DNA of 64,000 nucleotides from an uncultured Vicinamibacteraceae bacterium (GCA_964387935.1 CAYLZN010000001.1:18976-82975), one strand, 5' to 3'. Shown: positions 1 to 13,037, counted from the first letter of the stretch. The notes: generated by a model not told the origin, from the sequence alone. A program made the numbers and translations.

Positions 1-1321
1 GGAAGCGCGCCTCGGGATCGACCTGCAGGCACCTGGTGATCAGCGCGTCCACGGCCTCGGGAATCTCTGGCGCCCTCTCGCGGAGCGGTTGCGGGGCCTG
101 GGCGACCCGGGTCAGCATCGCCTGGACGGGCGTCGTGCCGGGTTCGAGCCGACGCGGCCCTAGCAGAAGGTCCGAGAGGATCAGGCCGAGGGCGTAGATG
201 TCGGCCCGCTGGTCCGCGGGCGCTCCCCTGGCCTGTTCCGGCGACATGTACTCCAGCGTGCCGACGATGCCGCCGGCGCGAGTGCTGAGGATCGTGCCGC
301 CGGAGGTTGGCCGCACGCTGGATGGCGTGCGAACCGCCGGCCCGCCGAGCCTCGTCTCGTCGGCTGTGGGCGCAAGCGTCGCATCGGCGTCGGAAAGCGT
401 CTCACCCGCCGTCTCCACGAAGGTCGTGGCGCCCCCGAGCGACGTCACCGCCGCCTCGGAGATGGTCGTGGCATCGCCGCTGCCCACGATCGCGGCGCCG
501 CTCCCGCGCCCGACCGAGGGAGTCCCGGCGGGGCTCGCGGGCGGCCTGACCGTGGCGCCTGGTGCCGTCGAGACCGCGATGCCGAAGTCCATCAGCAGGG
601 CGTTGCCGTCCTGCTCGAGCATGATGTTGGCCGGCTTGAGGTCTCGATGGACGACACCCGCCTCGTGAGCCGCGCACAGCCCCGAGGTGATCTGGCGCGC
701 GAGCTGGAGGACCCGCGGCACCGGCAGCTTCCCTTCCCGGCGAAGGGTGGACGCCAGGTCCTCGCCTTCGACGTAGGGCATCGTGATGTACTTCGTGCCC
801 TCGACCTCGCCGAGATCGTGGATGCGGACGACGTGTCTGTGCGTGACCTGCCGGGCCAGCAGCAGCTCGCGTTTGAAGCGACGCTCGAGTTCCTTCGCGC
901 CGCTCGGATCCGCCATGACTTCGGGACGGATGACCTTGAGCGCGACCGCCACGCCCAGTTCCCGGTCCCAGGCCTGGTAGACGGCGCCCATGCCGCCCGC
1001 GCCGAGGGTCTTGATGATCAGGTAGCGCGCGCCGAACTCCTGGCCGACACCCAGCAGGCCGGCGGTAGGGCGACGTCCGGATGACCCCGCGCCCCCGGGC
1101 GCCTGGGACCGGCCGTCGATCGATGCCCAGAGAGCGCTTGCGATCGACGCCGGCACTGGGGTGGCCGCCAGCGTGTCACTGTCTCCGTCCAGTGGCGCGA
1201 ACGTCGGTGTGGCGCCGTCGGCCAGCCGGACCCCGCAGGCCCAGCAGAAGACGGCGCCTGGCACGAGGCCGGCGGCGCAGTTGGGACACGACCCCGGGGT
1301 GAGCGGTTCGACTGACGGCAT
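1..1321 (-). CDS. Hanks-type Ser/Thr protein kinase with N-terminal zinc-ribbon; C-terminus runs off the left window edge
   Basis: Hand translation of the minus strand from ATG (complement of 1319-1321): MPSVEPLTPGSCPNCAAG..CWACG, then LGAGGMGAVY (Gly loop), VALK, HRDLKPANIM, DFG, GTLEYMSPEQ. Absent from the ORF track because no stop lies in the window. Confidence 0.85.
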   Translation of the reverse strand, partial: MPSVEPLTPGSCPNCAAGLVPGAVFCWACGVRLADGATPTFAPLDGDSDTLAATPVPASIASALWASIDGRSQAPGGAGSSGRRPTAGLLGVGQEFGARYLIIKTLGAGGMGAVYQAWDRELGVAVALKVIRPEVMADPSGAKELERRFKRELLLARQVTHRHVVRIHDLGEVEGTKYITMPYVEGEDLASTLRREGKLPVPRVLQLARQITSGLCAAHEAGVVHRDLKPANIMLEQDGNALLMDFGIAVSTAPGATVRPPASPAGTPSVGRGSGAAIVGSGDATTISEAAVTSLGGATTFVETAGETLSDADATLAPTADETRLGGPAVRTPSSVRPTSGGTILSTRAGGIVGTLEYMSPEQARGAPADQRADIYALGLILSDLLLGPRRLEPGTTPVQAMLTRVAQAPQPLRERAPEIPEAVDALITRCLQVDPEARF

Positions 1322-1386
1322 GCAGTCCTGGACGCCATTATCGCTTACGGGCGCCCGAACACACGGCTGCTCGCATCACATCCGAT

Positions 1387-2775
1387 TCATCCGTTCGCGT
1401 CCACCGGTACCCGGGCAGCCAGCTTCCCCTGCTCCTCGTCCACGAACGACAGCACGATCATCCCGATGATGAAGAAGCTGCCGATGGCCAGGATGGCCGG
1501 CCGCTGACTGCCGGTGGCGGCAGACACGCTGCCGAAGATGAGCGGCCCGAGGAACGCGAGCGCCTTGCCTGCGATCCCCAGGAACCCGAAGAACTCGGCG
1601 GCGTTCTCTTTTGGCGTGAACAGCGCCACGAGGCTGCGCGTCACCGACTGCGTCGAGCCGATCCCCAGCCCCGCGAGCGAGGCGACGGCCCAGAAGCTCT
1701 GTTTCGACGCCGAGAAATAGGCCAGGACGACGGCAGCGGTCCAGATCGACAGGGAGATCATGATGACCTTCTTCTGCCCGATCAGGTCCGCCAGCCGGCC
1801 GAAGCCGAGCGCCCCGATCACCGCGACGACGTTGAGCACGATGAACATCACCGTGATCTCGCCCGTCGTGAACCCGATCGTGTCGCTGGCATACCGCGCG
1901 GCGAAGTAGATCACGGTGACGACGCCGTCGTTGTAGATGAGGAACGCGATGAGCAGCTTGACGAGTTCCCTGTAGCGGCCGATGTGCCGCAGCGTGTGCT
2001 TCAGCTGCTTGAACGCCACCGTCACGTAGTTGTCGCCCGGCGGCAGCGGTTTGGGCGTGCTGCGCTCCCGGAGGAAGAGAAACGTGGGAATCACCGCGAG
2101 CCCGTAGTAGAGCGCGACCACCACGGGAATGAGCCGGGCCTTCGCGAGGTCCTCGGGACTGGGATTGGCTTTCACCGCGTCGGCGAGGCCGAGCTGCAGG
2201 CACAGGAAGAGCGCGATGAGGCCGCTCGTGTAGCCGAACGCCCACTTGAGACCGGAGATCCGGCCCGCGTTCTTCTCGTTGGAGATCCCCGGGAGGAAGC
2301 TGTCGATGAAGACCCCGCCGCCGGCGAACCCGACGTTGGCGACGATGTAGAGGCCGAGGCCGAGGGCGACCATGCCGGGGCCGACGAACCACAGCGAGGC
2401 CGTGAAGAACACGATCGTCGCGGCGCACACGGCCAGGAACTTCTTCCGGCTGCCGGAATAGTCGGCGATGGCGCCGAGGATCGGCGCGAGCACCGCGACG
2501 ATGATCTCCGAGATCGAGGCGCCGAGGCCCCAGAGGAAGTCCGCCCGCTGCGTATCGCCGACGACGATCGTGCCGAAATAGAGCGCGTAGAGCGTCGTGA
2601 CGATGATGGTCGTGAACGCCGAGTCGGCCACGTCGTACATGGCCCACCCGAGGATCTCGGTGCGCGTGACGGGCGGCGCGGTGGCGTCCGACCCCGAGCG
2701 CGGCGGACCGGCGACGGCGGATGTCTGGTGGCTCATTGGCCCCAGAGCATCCGCCATCCGATGCCGCCCTGGCAA
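1387..2775 (-). CDS. MFS transporter (UMF1/Atg22-like family)
   Basis: 462-aa ORF with a polytopic hydrophobic pattern. Motifs ILGWAMYDVADSAFTTIIVTTLYALYF and FLPGISNEKNAGRISG fit this MFS family. The start may instead be an internal Met at 2757 or 2736. Confidence 0.8.
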   Translation of the reverse strand: MPGRHRMADALGPMSHQTSAVAGPPRSGSDATAPPVTRTEILGWAMYDVADSAFTTIIVTTLYALYFGTIVVGDTQRADFLWGLGASISEIIVAVLAPILGAIADYSGSRKKFLAVCAATIVFFTASLWFVGPGMVALGLGLYIVANVGFAGGGVFIDSFLPGISNEKNAGRISGLKWAFGYTSGLIALFLCLQLGLADAVKANPSPEDLAKARLIPVVVALYYGLAVIPTFLFLRERSTPKPLPPGDNYVTVAFKQLKHTLRHIGRYRELVKLLIAFLIYNDGVVTVIYFAARYASDTIGFTTGEITVMFIVLNVVAVIGALGFGRLADLIGQKKVIMISLSIWTAAVVLAYFSASKQSFWAVASLAGLGIGSTQSVTRSLVALFTPKENAAEFFGFLGIAGKALAFLGPLIFGSVSAATGSQRPAILAIGSFFIIGMIVLSFVDEEQGKLAARVPVDANG

Positions 2776-2798
2776 GCGCGCGAGGTGCGGGCGCTATC

Positions 2799-6185
<3,387 letters not shown>

Positions 6186-6206
6186 TCTGATGCTGTCCGG
6201 AAGGAC

Positions 6207-6878
6207 TCAGACCGACAACCGACGCCGCCCCGATCGGCTGGGGGGCCGGCCCCTGCGTTTGACGTCGCAGCCCCCGATCTGGGTGACCCAGGCAGGGTCG
6301 CCGAAGGCCTCGCCGCGTCGCAGGGCCCCGCGAACCGCGTCGAGGGCGCCAGACGACTCGGGAGTGTTGATGATCGTGTCCCAGGCGTGCGGCTTCAGAA
6401 TGGGCCATTGGGCCAGGCATGGACCGTTGCCGTTTCTGCGTACGGCCCCGCTGGACCAGGGCCATTGTTCGGCCCTGGTCACCAGGCCGGCCCGGATCGG
6501 GTTCCGCTCGATGTACCGACAGACCGTCAGGAAGTGCTTGTCGTCCTGGACGGGAATCGCCTGGAAGCGACCCTGGTACACCGCGCCCTTCCCCCGCGTG
6601 CCGTGCGCCGTCCGCCACCGCACGGCATGCGTCATCGTCAGCCAGGCCATGAACTGGCTCAATTCCGGGCCCGAGCCGGGCTGCGCCAGCAGGTGCCAGT
6701 GATTCGGCATGATGCAGTAGGCGAACAGGGGAACCGGCTGGCGCTCCTGGGCCTGGCGGAGGATCTCGACGAAGGCGTCGTAGTCGCCCGGTTGCTGAAA
6801 CAGCGGCAACTGGCGTGCCGCACGATTCATGAGGTGGAATATGATCCCGCCGGCCGCCGTCCGTGGCCTCCGAGGCAT
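6207..6878 (-). CDS. REP-associated tyrosine transposase (RAYT) / IS200-like Y1 (HUH) transposase
   Basis: Real CDS is the last 223 aa of track ORF 6207..8135, starting at MPRRPRTAAGG (ATG = complement of 6876-6878) after GGGAGGG. HUH motif in CIMPNHWHLLAQ. Catalytic-Tyr motif CRYIERNPIRAGLV. Confidence 0.85.
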   Translation of the reverse strand: MPRRPRTAAGGIIFHLMNRAARQLPLFQQPGDYDAFVEILRQAQERQPVPLFAYCIMPNHWHLLAQPGSGPELSQFMAWLTMTHAVRWRTAHGTRGKGAVYQGRFQAIPVQDDKHFLTVCRYIERNPIRAGLVTRAEQWPWSSGAVRRNGNGPCLAQWPILKPHAWDTIINTPESSGALDAVRGALRRGEAFGDPAWVTQIGGCDVKRRGRPPSRSGRRRLSV

Positions 6879-7002
6879 GGGCCCTCCCGCGTTACGAGAT
6901 GTGGTCGCGGGACACCTATAGCAATCGGCTCGCCAGGTTGCCCGACGCCGGGTGCCGATTGGGCGGTGAACCAGGGGTTTCTTGTGGTCAGTTGGTAAAT
7001 TC

Positions 7003-7030
7003 TGCGAAAAGGACTCCCGACCCCGTTTAT
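7003..7030. repeat. REP-like inverted repeat, right copy
   Basis: TGCGAAAAGGACTCCCGACCCCGTTTAT. Pairs with 6148-6175. Its last 2 nt overlap the ATG of the downstream symporter gene. Confidence 0.85.
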
Positions 7031-8867
7031 GCAGCTCCAACTCCTCGACTGGCTCATCGTTGCCATCACGCTGCTCGTCTGCTTCGTCCCCGCCCTCTTC
7101 TTCGGCAAACGCGCGGGCCAGAGCACGTCCGAGTTCTTCGTCTCCGGCCGCGCCGTCCCCTGGTGGCTCGCCGGCCTCTCCATGGTCGCCACGACCTTCA
7201 GCAGCGACACGCCCAACCTCGTCACCGACATCGTGCGCAGGAACGGCGTCGCCGGCAACTGGGTCTGGTGGGCCTTCGTGCTGACCGGCGTCTCGACCGT
7301 GTTCTTCTTCGCACGCCTCTGGCGGCGCTCGGGCGTCATGACCGACCTCGAGTTCTACGAACTGCGCTACTCCGGAAAGGCCGCCAGCATCGTCCGCGGC
7401 TTCCGCGCCGTCTACCTCGGCCTGCTCTTCAACTGCATGATCATGGCGACGGTCAACCTCGCCGCCTGCAAGATCGCCGGCGTCCTCTTCGGCCTCGAGC
7501 GCTGGCAGACCCTCCTCTTCGTCGGTGGCCTCAACGTCGTCTTCGCGGCCCACTCGGGCCTCTGGGGCGTGCTCGTCATCGACATGATCCAGTTCTTCAT
7601 CAAGATGACCGCCGTCATCGCCGCCGCGTACTTCGCCCTGCAGGCCCCGCAGGTCGGCGGCCTCCACGGCCTGATCGACAAGCTCTCCACGCTGCGCGGC
7701 CCCAACGGTCTCAACTACCTCAACGTGCTGCCGGACTTCACCAACAACTGGGATCTCGCGGTCGCCGTCTTCATCCTGCCGCTCACGGTCCAGTGGTGGG
7801 CCGTGTGGTACCCCGGCGCCGAACCCGGCGGGGGCAGCTACATCGCCCAGCGCATGCTGGCCTCCAGGTCCGAGCGCGACTCCCTCGGCGGCGTCCTGTT
7901 CTTCAACGTGGCGCACTACGTGCTGCGCCCGTGGCCCTGGATCCTCGTGGGCCTCGCATCCCTGCTCGTCTACCCCGAGTTGTCGGACATCCAGAAGGCG
8001 TTCCCGCACCTCGATCCCGCGCTCATCGGCCACGACATCGCCTACCCGGCGATGCTGCGCTTCCTGCCCGTCGGCTTCGTCGGCCTGATGGTCGGGGGCC
8101 TGATCGCCGCCAACTCGTCGACGATCCTCACCCACCTGAACTGGGGCGCGTCATACCTCGTGCACGACTTCTACCGCCGCTTCATCAACCCCGGTGCCGA
8201 CGAACGCCACTACGTCCGCATGGGACGCGTCGCCACCGTCGTGCTCTTCCTCTGCGCGTCGGGCATGGTCTACCTGCTCGACACCGCGAAGGATGCCTTC
8301 GACGTGATCCTCCAGGTCGGCGCGGGCACCGGCCTCCTGTATCTGGTGCGCTGGTTCTGGTGGCGCGTCAATGCCTGGTGCGAAGTCGTCGCCATGGTGA
8401 GCTCGTTCTTCGTCTCGCTGCTGCTGCTCGTCCTCGCCAGAAACGGCATCGAATTCAGCACGCACCGCGCCCTGATTCTGACCGTCGTCGTGACGACGAT
8501 CTCATGGGTGGTCACCGCCTTTGTGGGCCCGGAGACGGACCGCGCCACCCTGGTGGCCTTCTACGAGAAGGTCCGCCCGTTCGGACCCGGCTGGACCCGC
8601 ATTCGCCAGGACGCCGGGCTGACGGAGGACACGGCCCGGTCTGCCGCCGACAACGTGCCCCTCGCGCTGCTCGGCTGGGTGTCAGGCAGTGCCGTCATCT
8701 GGTCGTCCCTGTTCACCGTCGGCAGCGTCCTGTACGGCCGCACCGGGCCAGCCCTCCTGCTGTTTGCGGTCTTCCTCGTCAGCGGCACCGTGCTGCTGCG
8801 TGTGGTCCGCACCTTGTGGAGCGAGACGGGAACGGGGGCTCCTGCCGCCGCGGCTCCGAGGGACTGA
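7029..8867 (+). CDS. Sodium:solute symporter (SSS/SSF) family transporter
   Basis: 612-aa polytopic ORF. N-terminus MQLQLLDWLIVAITLLV..FFGKRAGQSTSEFFVSGRAVPWWLAGLSMVATTFSSDTP is typical of SSF. Confidence 0.85.
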   Translation: MQLQLLDWLIVAITLLVCFVPALFFGKRAGQSTSEFFVSGRAVPWWLAGLSMVATTFSSDTPNLVTDIVRRNGVAGNWVWWAFVLTGVSTVFFFARLWRRSGVMTDLEFYELRYSGKAASIVRGFRAVYLGLLFNCMIMATVNLAACKIAGVLFGLERWQTLLFVGGLNVVFAAHSGLWGVLVIDMIQFFIKMTAVIAAAYFALQAPQVGGLHGLIDKLSTLRGPNGLNYLNVLPDFTNNWDLAVAVFILPLTVQWWAVWYPGAEPGGGSYIAQRMLASRSERDSLGGVLFFNVAHYVLRPWPWILVGLASLLVYPELSDIQKAFPHLDPALIGHDIAYPAMLRFLPVGFVGLMVGGLIAANSSTILTHLNWGASYLVHDFYRRFINPGADERHYVRMGRVATVVLFLCASGMVYLLDTAKDAFDVILQVGAGTGLLYLVRWFWWRVNAWCEVVAMVSSFFVSLLLLVLARNGIEFSTHRALILTVVVTTISWVVTAFVGPETDRATLVAFYEKVRPFGPGWTRIRQDAGLTEDTARSAADNVPLALLGWVSGSAVIWSSLFTVGSVLYGRTGPALLLFAVFLVSGTVLLRVVRTLWSETGTGAPAAAAPRD

Positions 8868-8933
8868 CGCCTGGCCGCGCCGCCGCGCAGTGTAGAATGA
8901 AGAGTTCTCGTAGCCCCGATGAAGGAGTCCGTG

Positions 8934-10577
8934 TCGATGTCGCGTGTCCTGGCCTGCGCGCTCCTGCTGCTGTCGCTCCCGCTCTCGGCGGGACCGCTCG
9001 CCCGACAGGCGTCTGAACGTCCCGGTGCAGACCCGGCCATCCGGCTGGTGCTGCTCGTGGCCATCGATCAGTTCCGCTACGACTACCTCACGAGATTCAG
9101 CCCGGAGTACTCCGGCGCGTTCGTGCGCCTGCAGGCGCGCGGCGCCTGGTTTACGAATGCCAGCCTCGAGCACTACCCCACGGTCACCGCGGTCGGTCAC
9201 GCGACCATGCTCACGGGCGCGACGCCGAGCGTGAGCGGAATCATCGGGAACGACTGGTACGACCGCGGCGGCGCCGGCGGCGTCACGAGCGTCTCGGACC
9301 CGACGACCCGTGTCGTGGGCGCCCAGGTCGACGCGCCCGGCTCTTCGCCTCGTCGCCTGCTGGTCGGCACCGTCGGCGACGAACTCAAGAACGCGTCACT
9401 CGCACCTCCCGGCTCCGAGCAGGCCCCGCGCGTCGTCAGCCTGTCGCTGAAGGACCGGTCCGCGATTCTGATGGGCGGGCACAGGGCCGACGTGGCCCTC
9501 TGGTTCAACGAGAGCGCGGGCGCCTTCGTGACCAGCACCTACTACCGGACGGACCTGCCCGCCTGGGCTTCGGACTTCAACGCGAAGAGGATCCCCGACT
9601 CCTTCGCCGGCAGGCCCTGGACCTTCCTCAACCCCGGCCCGGGCTCCGGACGCACGATGCCGGCACAGCCGGGTGCCGGGCTGTACCGAGCCATCGGGGC
9701 CTCCCCCTTCGGCAACGATCTCCTGCTTGCGCTCGCGGAATCGGCGCTCACCGCCGAAAGACTCGGGCAGCGCGGGGTGACGGACCTCTTCGCCGTGAGC
9801 TTCTCCGCCAACGATGGCGTCGGACACGCCTACGGCCCGGACAGTCCGGAGGTGCGTGACATCTCCGTCCGGACGGACAAGCAGCTCGAGCAACTGCTCG
9901 GCCGCGTCGATGCGCTCGTGGGCCTGGACCGCACGCTGGTCATCCTGACCTCCGACCACGGGGTCGCCCCCGTGCCCGAGGTCCAGGAGTCGAGGAAGAT
10001 GCCGGGAGGGCGCGTGAAGGCGGCGGACCTCTTCACGCCTATTCAGGCGGCGCTCGAACAGCGCTACGGCGCCGGCAAGTGGATCCTCGCCACCGCCGGC
10101 AGCTCGCCCTACCTGAATCACGCGCTGATCGCCGAGAAGAAGCTCGATGCCGGAGAGGTGCGCGAGGTGGCGCAACGGGCCGCGATGGGCCACCCTCAGG
10201 TGGCGCGCGTCTTCACTCGCGAGCAACTGCTCCGTCATGAGGTACGCGACGACCGGATCGGACGTCGCATCGCCGGGAGCTACCACCCGCAGCGCTCGGG
10301 TGACCTGGAGATCCTCCTCAACGCATACTGGTTGCGGTCATCCACGGGGACGACTCACGGCACGCCCTACTGGTACGACAGTCACATTCCGCTGGTACTC
10401 GCCGGCCCGGGGGTCCGCCCGGGCCGCTACGATCAGCCCGTTGCGCTGAATGACCTCGCGCCGACGCTCGCCACCCTCCTGGGTCTCGCCACGCCTGCGG
10501 GGGCGGAAGGTCGAGCCCTCTTCGAGATCTTCGAGGACCCGCGCATGCCGGTCGGCACGCGCCGCCCGACCCCGTAG
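8934..10577 (+). CDS. Alkaline-phosphatase superfamily enzyme (nucleotide pyrophosphatase/phosphodiesterase-like), secreted
   Basis: Track ORF is 8919..10577. I prefer ATG 8934 (MSRVLACALLLLSLPLSAG signal) preceded by AAGGAG. Motifs VAIDQFRYDY and HYPTVTAVGHATMLTG (nucleophile Thr region). Confidence 0.8.
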   Translation, partial: SMSRVLACALLLLSLPLSAGPLARQASERPGADPAIRLVLLVAIDQFRYDYLTRFSPEYSGAFVRLQARGAWFTNASLEHYPTVTAVGHATMLTGATPSVSGIIGNDWYDRGGAGGVTSVSDPTTRVVGAQVDAPGSSPRRLLVGTVGDELKNASLAPPGSEQAPRVVSLSLKDRSAILMGGHRADVALWFNESAGAFVTSTYYRTDLPAWASDFNAKRIPDSFAGRPWTFLNPGPGSGRTMPAQPGAGLYRAIGASPFGNDLLLALAESALTAERLGQRGVTDLFAVSFSANDGVGHAYGPDSPEVRDISVRTDKQLEQLLGRVDALVGLDRTLVILTSDHGVAPVPEVQESRKMPGGRVKAADLFTPIQAALEQRYGAGKWILATAGSSPYLNHALIAEKKLDAGEVREVAQRAAMGHPQVARVFTREQLLRHEVRDDRIGRRIAGSYHPQRSGDLEILLNAYWLRSSTGTTHGTPYWYDSHIPLVLAGPGVRPGRYDQPVALNDLAPTLATLLGLATPAGAEGRALFEIFEDPRMPVGTRRPTP

Positions 10578-10592
10578 CCTGCGGTCCGCCCG

Positions 10593-10913
10593 TCAGTCGA
10601 ACGCCGGGACGCCCTGCCCCATCGCATCGAGCCCGCTGAGCGCGTTGCGCAGCAGGTCGTCTTCCCTGGCCTCCGCCTTCTTGCGTTCGATCGTGCCGGA
10701 GAGCCTGGCTATCGATGAAGCCCGCTGGAATTCCGCCAGCGTGACCCGGATACGCCAGCGGTCGTAGACCCTGGCCAGCAGCCGTCCGGCCCCGGCGAGG
10801 TCGCCCCCCACCGCCGGGAACTCGTCGTCGATGCTCGCCGGTCGCTGCCCGACGATCTCTTCCCACATCGCGGCCACCGCGTGCTCGGTTTCACTTCGTG
10901 GCCCGATCACCAT
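10593..10913 (-). CDS. Stand-alone peptidyl-carrier-protein-like domain with the phosphopantetheine Ser replaced by Leu
   Basis: Internal ATG at 10913 after GGAGGG. ETEHAVAAMWEEIVGQRPASIDDEFPAVGGDLAGAGRLLARV..VTLAEFQRASSIARL aligns with the NRPS PCP pattern (E.LA.IW.EVLG..IGIDDNFF.LGGDSL.A..L..R), but GGDS is GGDL. Confidence 0.6.
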   Translation of the reverse strand: MVIGPRSETEHAVAAMWEEIVGQRPASIDDEFPAVGGDLAGAGRLLARVYDRWRIRVTLAEFQRASSIARLSGTIERKKAEAREDDLLRNALSGLDAMGQGVPAFD

Positions 10914-11675
10914 CGCGATCCCTCCCCCTGCCCTGGAAACACAGATCCCCGGGCGTGTGCCTGCAAGCTGCGGGCCCGCGTCCCGGCCGCCGGGTGGATC
11001 GCTCACGGGGGGGTGCAAGCGGTCTCACGCGGCGACCAGGTCGGACGCGCTTCGTTCTTTGGACGCTGTCGAGCTGGGCCTGGCCGGCCTGATTTCGCTC
11101 ATCCTGTCCCACACCCGCATGCGCCTCGCGCCCGCCCGAAAACGGGCCGATCACGGGGCCATCGACGTCGGATGGAGGAGGCGTGCGCCGAAATGGAACA
11201 CCCGCGGCGAACAATGTCAGCGCGGTTGCGACAATCCGGTCGCGGCCGATGCGTCCCTCACCGGAGACGCGTGGCGGTCGCGTTGGCCCCGGCGGCCCAG
11301 AACACGGAGCCGCTGTCCCAGTGCATCGCGCGTTCGACGACGATGGGGGCGGGCCCGCCGCTGGCGGAGCTGAGGCTCTCGACGGTCGCACCGAAGCGAC
11401 GCAGGGCAGTGGGAGTGGCGTCGAAGGCGCTCGGGAAGTCGCCATCGATGATGGTGGCCCTTCCCCACCCGTCCATCCGCGGCGCCAACACCATCCGGCT
11501 CGTTCCCGAAGAGACCTCCACCCGCAGCGCCTTCGCCGTAGCCGGCTTCAAATGGAACCTCTTCTCGTCGTGGCTGCTCACGGGAAACGTGTTGTTCCCG
11601 CTCAGTGACAGCGGGCTGCGCGCCAAGGTGGTCCCTGCCCTGGCGCTGGACTACGCGTTCGGTCGCTGACCGCCG

Positions 11676-12911
11676 CTAGCGGCGAATCTCGGCCCGTTCG
11701 ATGCGCCACCCCGCGGGCGTCGGTCGCAGTGTGAACTGCCAGCGCCGCGATTCCACCTGCGGATCCTGGCGTCCCACCTGCCGCACGTAGATGGCCCGGC
11801 CCTGGCAATCGGCGGTCGCGGAGTCGGTCCGCGTCACGATGTCGCAGGAGTCGAATTCGATGCGTTGCGACTTGAGATCCGAGAAGGCGCGCGCGAGCGC
11901 CGCCTGATCGACGCTCGGCCAGACCCGCCGCGCCGCCGACGCGTCGAGGGTGCCGTACGCCGCGCGATAGGCCGCCAGCGCGTCGCGCACCTCCGCCTGC
12001 GCATCCCGCGGAGCGGGAACCGGAGTCGGAGAGGCCGGCAGAGCAGCGGCGAGCGGCGGGGGCGCGGCCGCGGGTGGAACTGTCGCGGGCGGCACGATCG
12101 GCTGACTGGCGGGCGCGCCCTCTCGGGGGTTGCTCCGGTCCGGACCTGAAGCAGCCGCCGCCGAAGGCGCGGACGGAACGGGGAGTGCCGGCGGTCTGGT
12201 GTCAGGCGCAGCGGTGGGCGCGGCGTTCGGCAGCGGACGTGTCAATGGCGCTGACGAGGGGGGCGACTCCGCCACACCCACCGGCCCTGGCGCAACATCA
12301 GGAGGTGCAGGCATGGAAGGCGCAGGTGATCCCTCCCCAGGCGGCGCCTCCGCCCGTGGCCCACCCGGCATCGGTGCCCCACCACCGGAGGGGGACGTTG
12401 CGGATTGCCAGGTCAGAAATGCGGCTCCGACCAGGAGCACGAGGCTCGCGGCAACGGCCAGCACACGACCCACGCCGAGGCGACGGCCGGGCGCAGGCAC
12501 ATTCTCCCTCGCCTCGACGGCACCCTGATCCAGCAGCGTGGGCAGGGCTGGCACGACGTCGGACACAGGGGGTGCGGCGGTCGGCAAGGCGGGCGCCTGA
12601 GGCAACGCCTCCTCGTCCTCCTCCGGCGGCGGCCAGACGAGTTGGGACTCGGGACGGCTGGCCGTGGTGGGTGCGGGCGCCTTGTGCGTCCCGGGGCTGG
12701 GGCCGGGCACATAGCGGGGCGCGCCGACCGGCGGCGTTCGTGGGGCCCTGGAGCGAGGCCTCGACGGCGGGCTCGACTCGGTCGGCGCCCTCAGTTCGTA
12801 GACCTGGAGCGCCTCGAGATCTTCGGCCGAAGGCGGCCACGCGAGCGTAGGAGGCCCGGCCGCGCCGGGTCCGTCACCGTCACCCGACGAGCCGCCGACA
12901 CTGCGTTTCAC
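11676..12911 (-). CDS. Single-pass membrane protein: Pro/Ala-rich regions plus C-terminal NTF2/SnoaL-like domain
   Basis: 411-aa ORF with GTG start. One TM helix (VLAVAASLVLLVGAAFL). Long low-complexity Pro-rich tracts. C-terminal about 110 aa (AEVRDALAAYRAAYGTLDASAARRVWPS..WQFTLRPTPAGWRIERAEI) looks like a DUF4440/NTF2 fold. Confidence 0.6.
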   Translation of the reverse strand: MKRSVGGSSGDGDGPGAAGPPTLAWPPSAEDLEALQVYELRAPTESSPPSRPRSRAPRTPPVGAPRYVPGPSPGTHKAPAPTTASRPESQLVWPPPEEDEEALPQAPALPTAAPPVSDVVPALPTLLDQGAVEARENVPAPGRRLGVGRVLAVAASLVLLVGAAFLTWQSATSPSGGGAPMPGGPRAEAPPGEGSPAPSMPAPPDVAPGPVGVAESPPSSAPLTRPLPNAAPTAAPDTRPPALPVPSAPSAAAASGPDRSNPREGAPASQPIVPPATVPPAAAPPPLAAALPASPTPVPAPRDAQAEVRDALAAYRAAYGTLDASAARRVWPSVDQAALARAFSDLKSQRIEFDSCDIVTRTDSATADCQGRAIYVRQVGRQDPQVESRRWQFTLRPTPAGWRIERAEIRR

Positions 12912-13037
12912 CTCGAGTGCCGCCTGGGAATCATGGACCCTTCCCTGTCAGTATACAGGCGCCCTCGGCCCGGGCCTCTCCAGGCGACCATCGAAGATCG
13001 TGAACGTGTCCGAGCCCGGCGCACGCATAATGGCTGC

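Noticed and set aside
6879-8135. N-terminal 419 aa of track ORF 6207..8135
   Set aside because: Only the C-terminal 223 aa (6207-6878) form the Y1 transposase. The upstream part is antisense to the symporter gene and crosses the REP repeat.
11258-11626. 122-aa minus-strand ORF with a moderately protein-like sequence
   Set aside because: Not called as a gene. It shares third-codon positions with the plus frame, so its length is uninformative. My hand count of GC1 vs GC2 over 11460-11666 favours the plus strand. It is kept only as part of the ambiguous-region finding.
12405-13037. 5' extension of the VWA protein ORF
   Set aside because: The extension is antisense to the Pro-rich membrane protein gene. 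GTG 13038 yields a proper signal peptide directly followed by the family-typical N-terminus.
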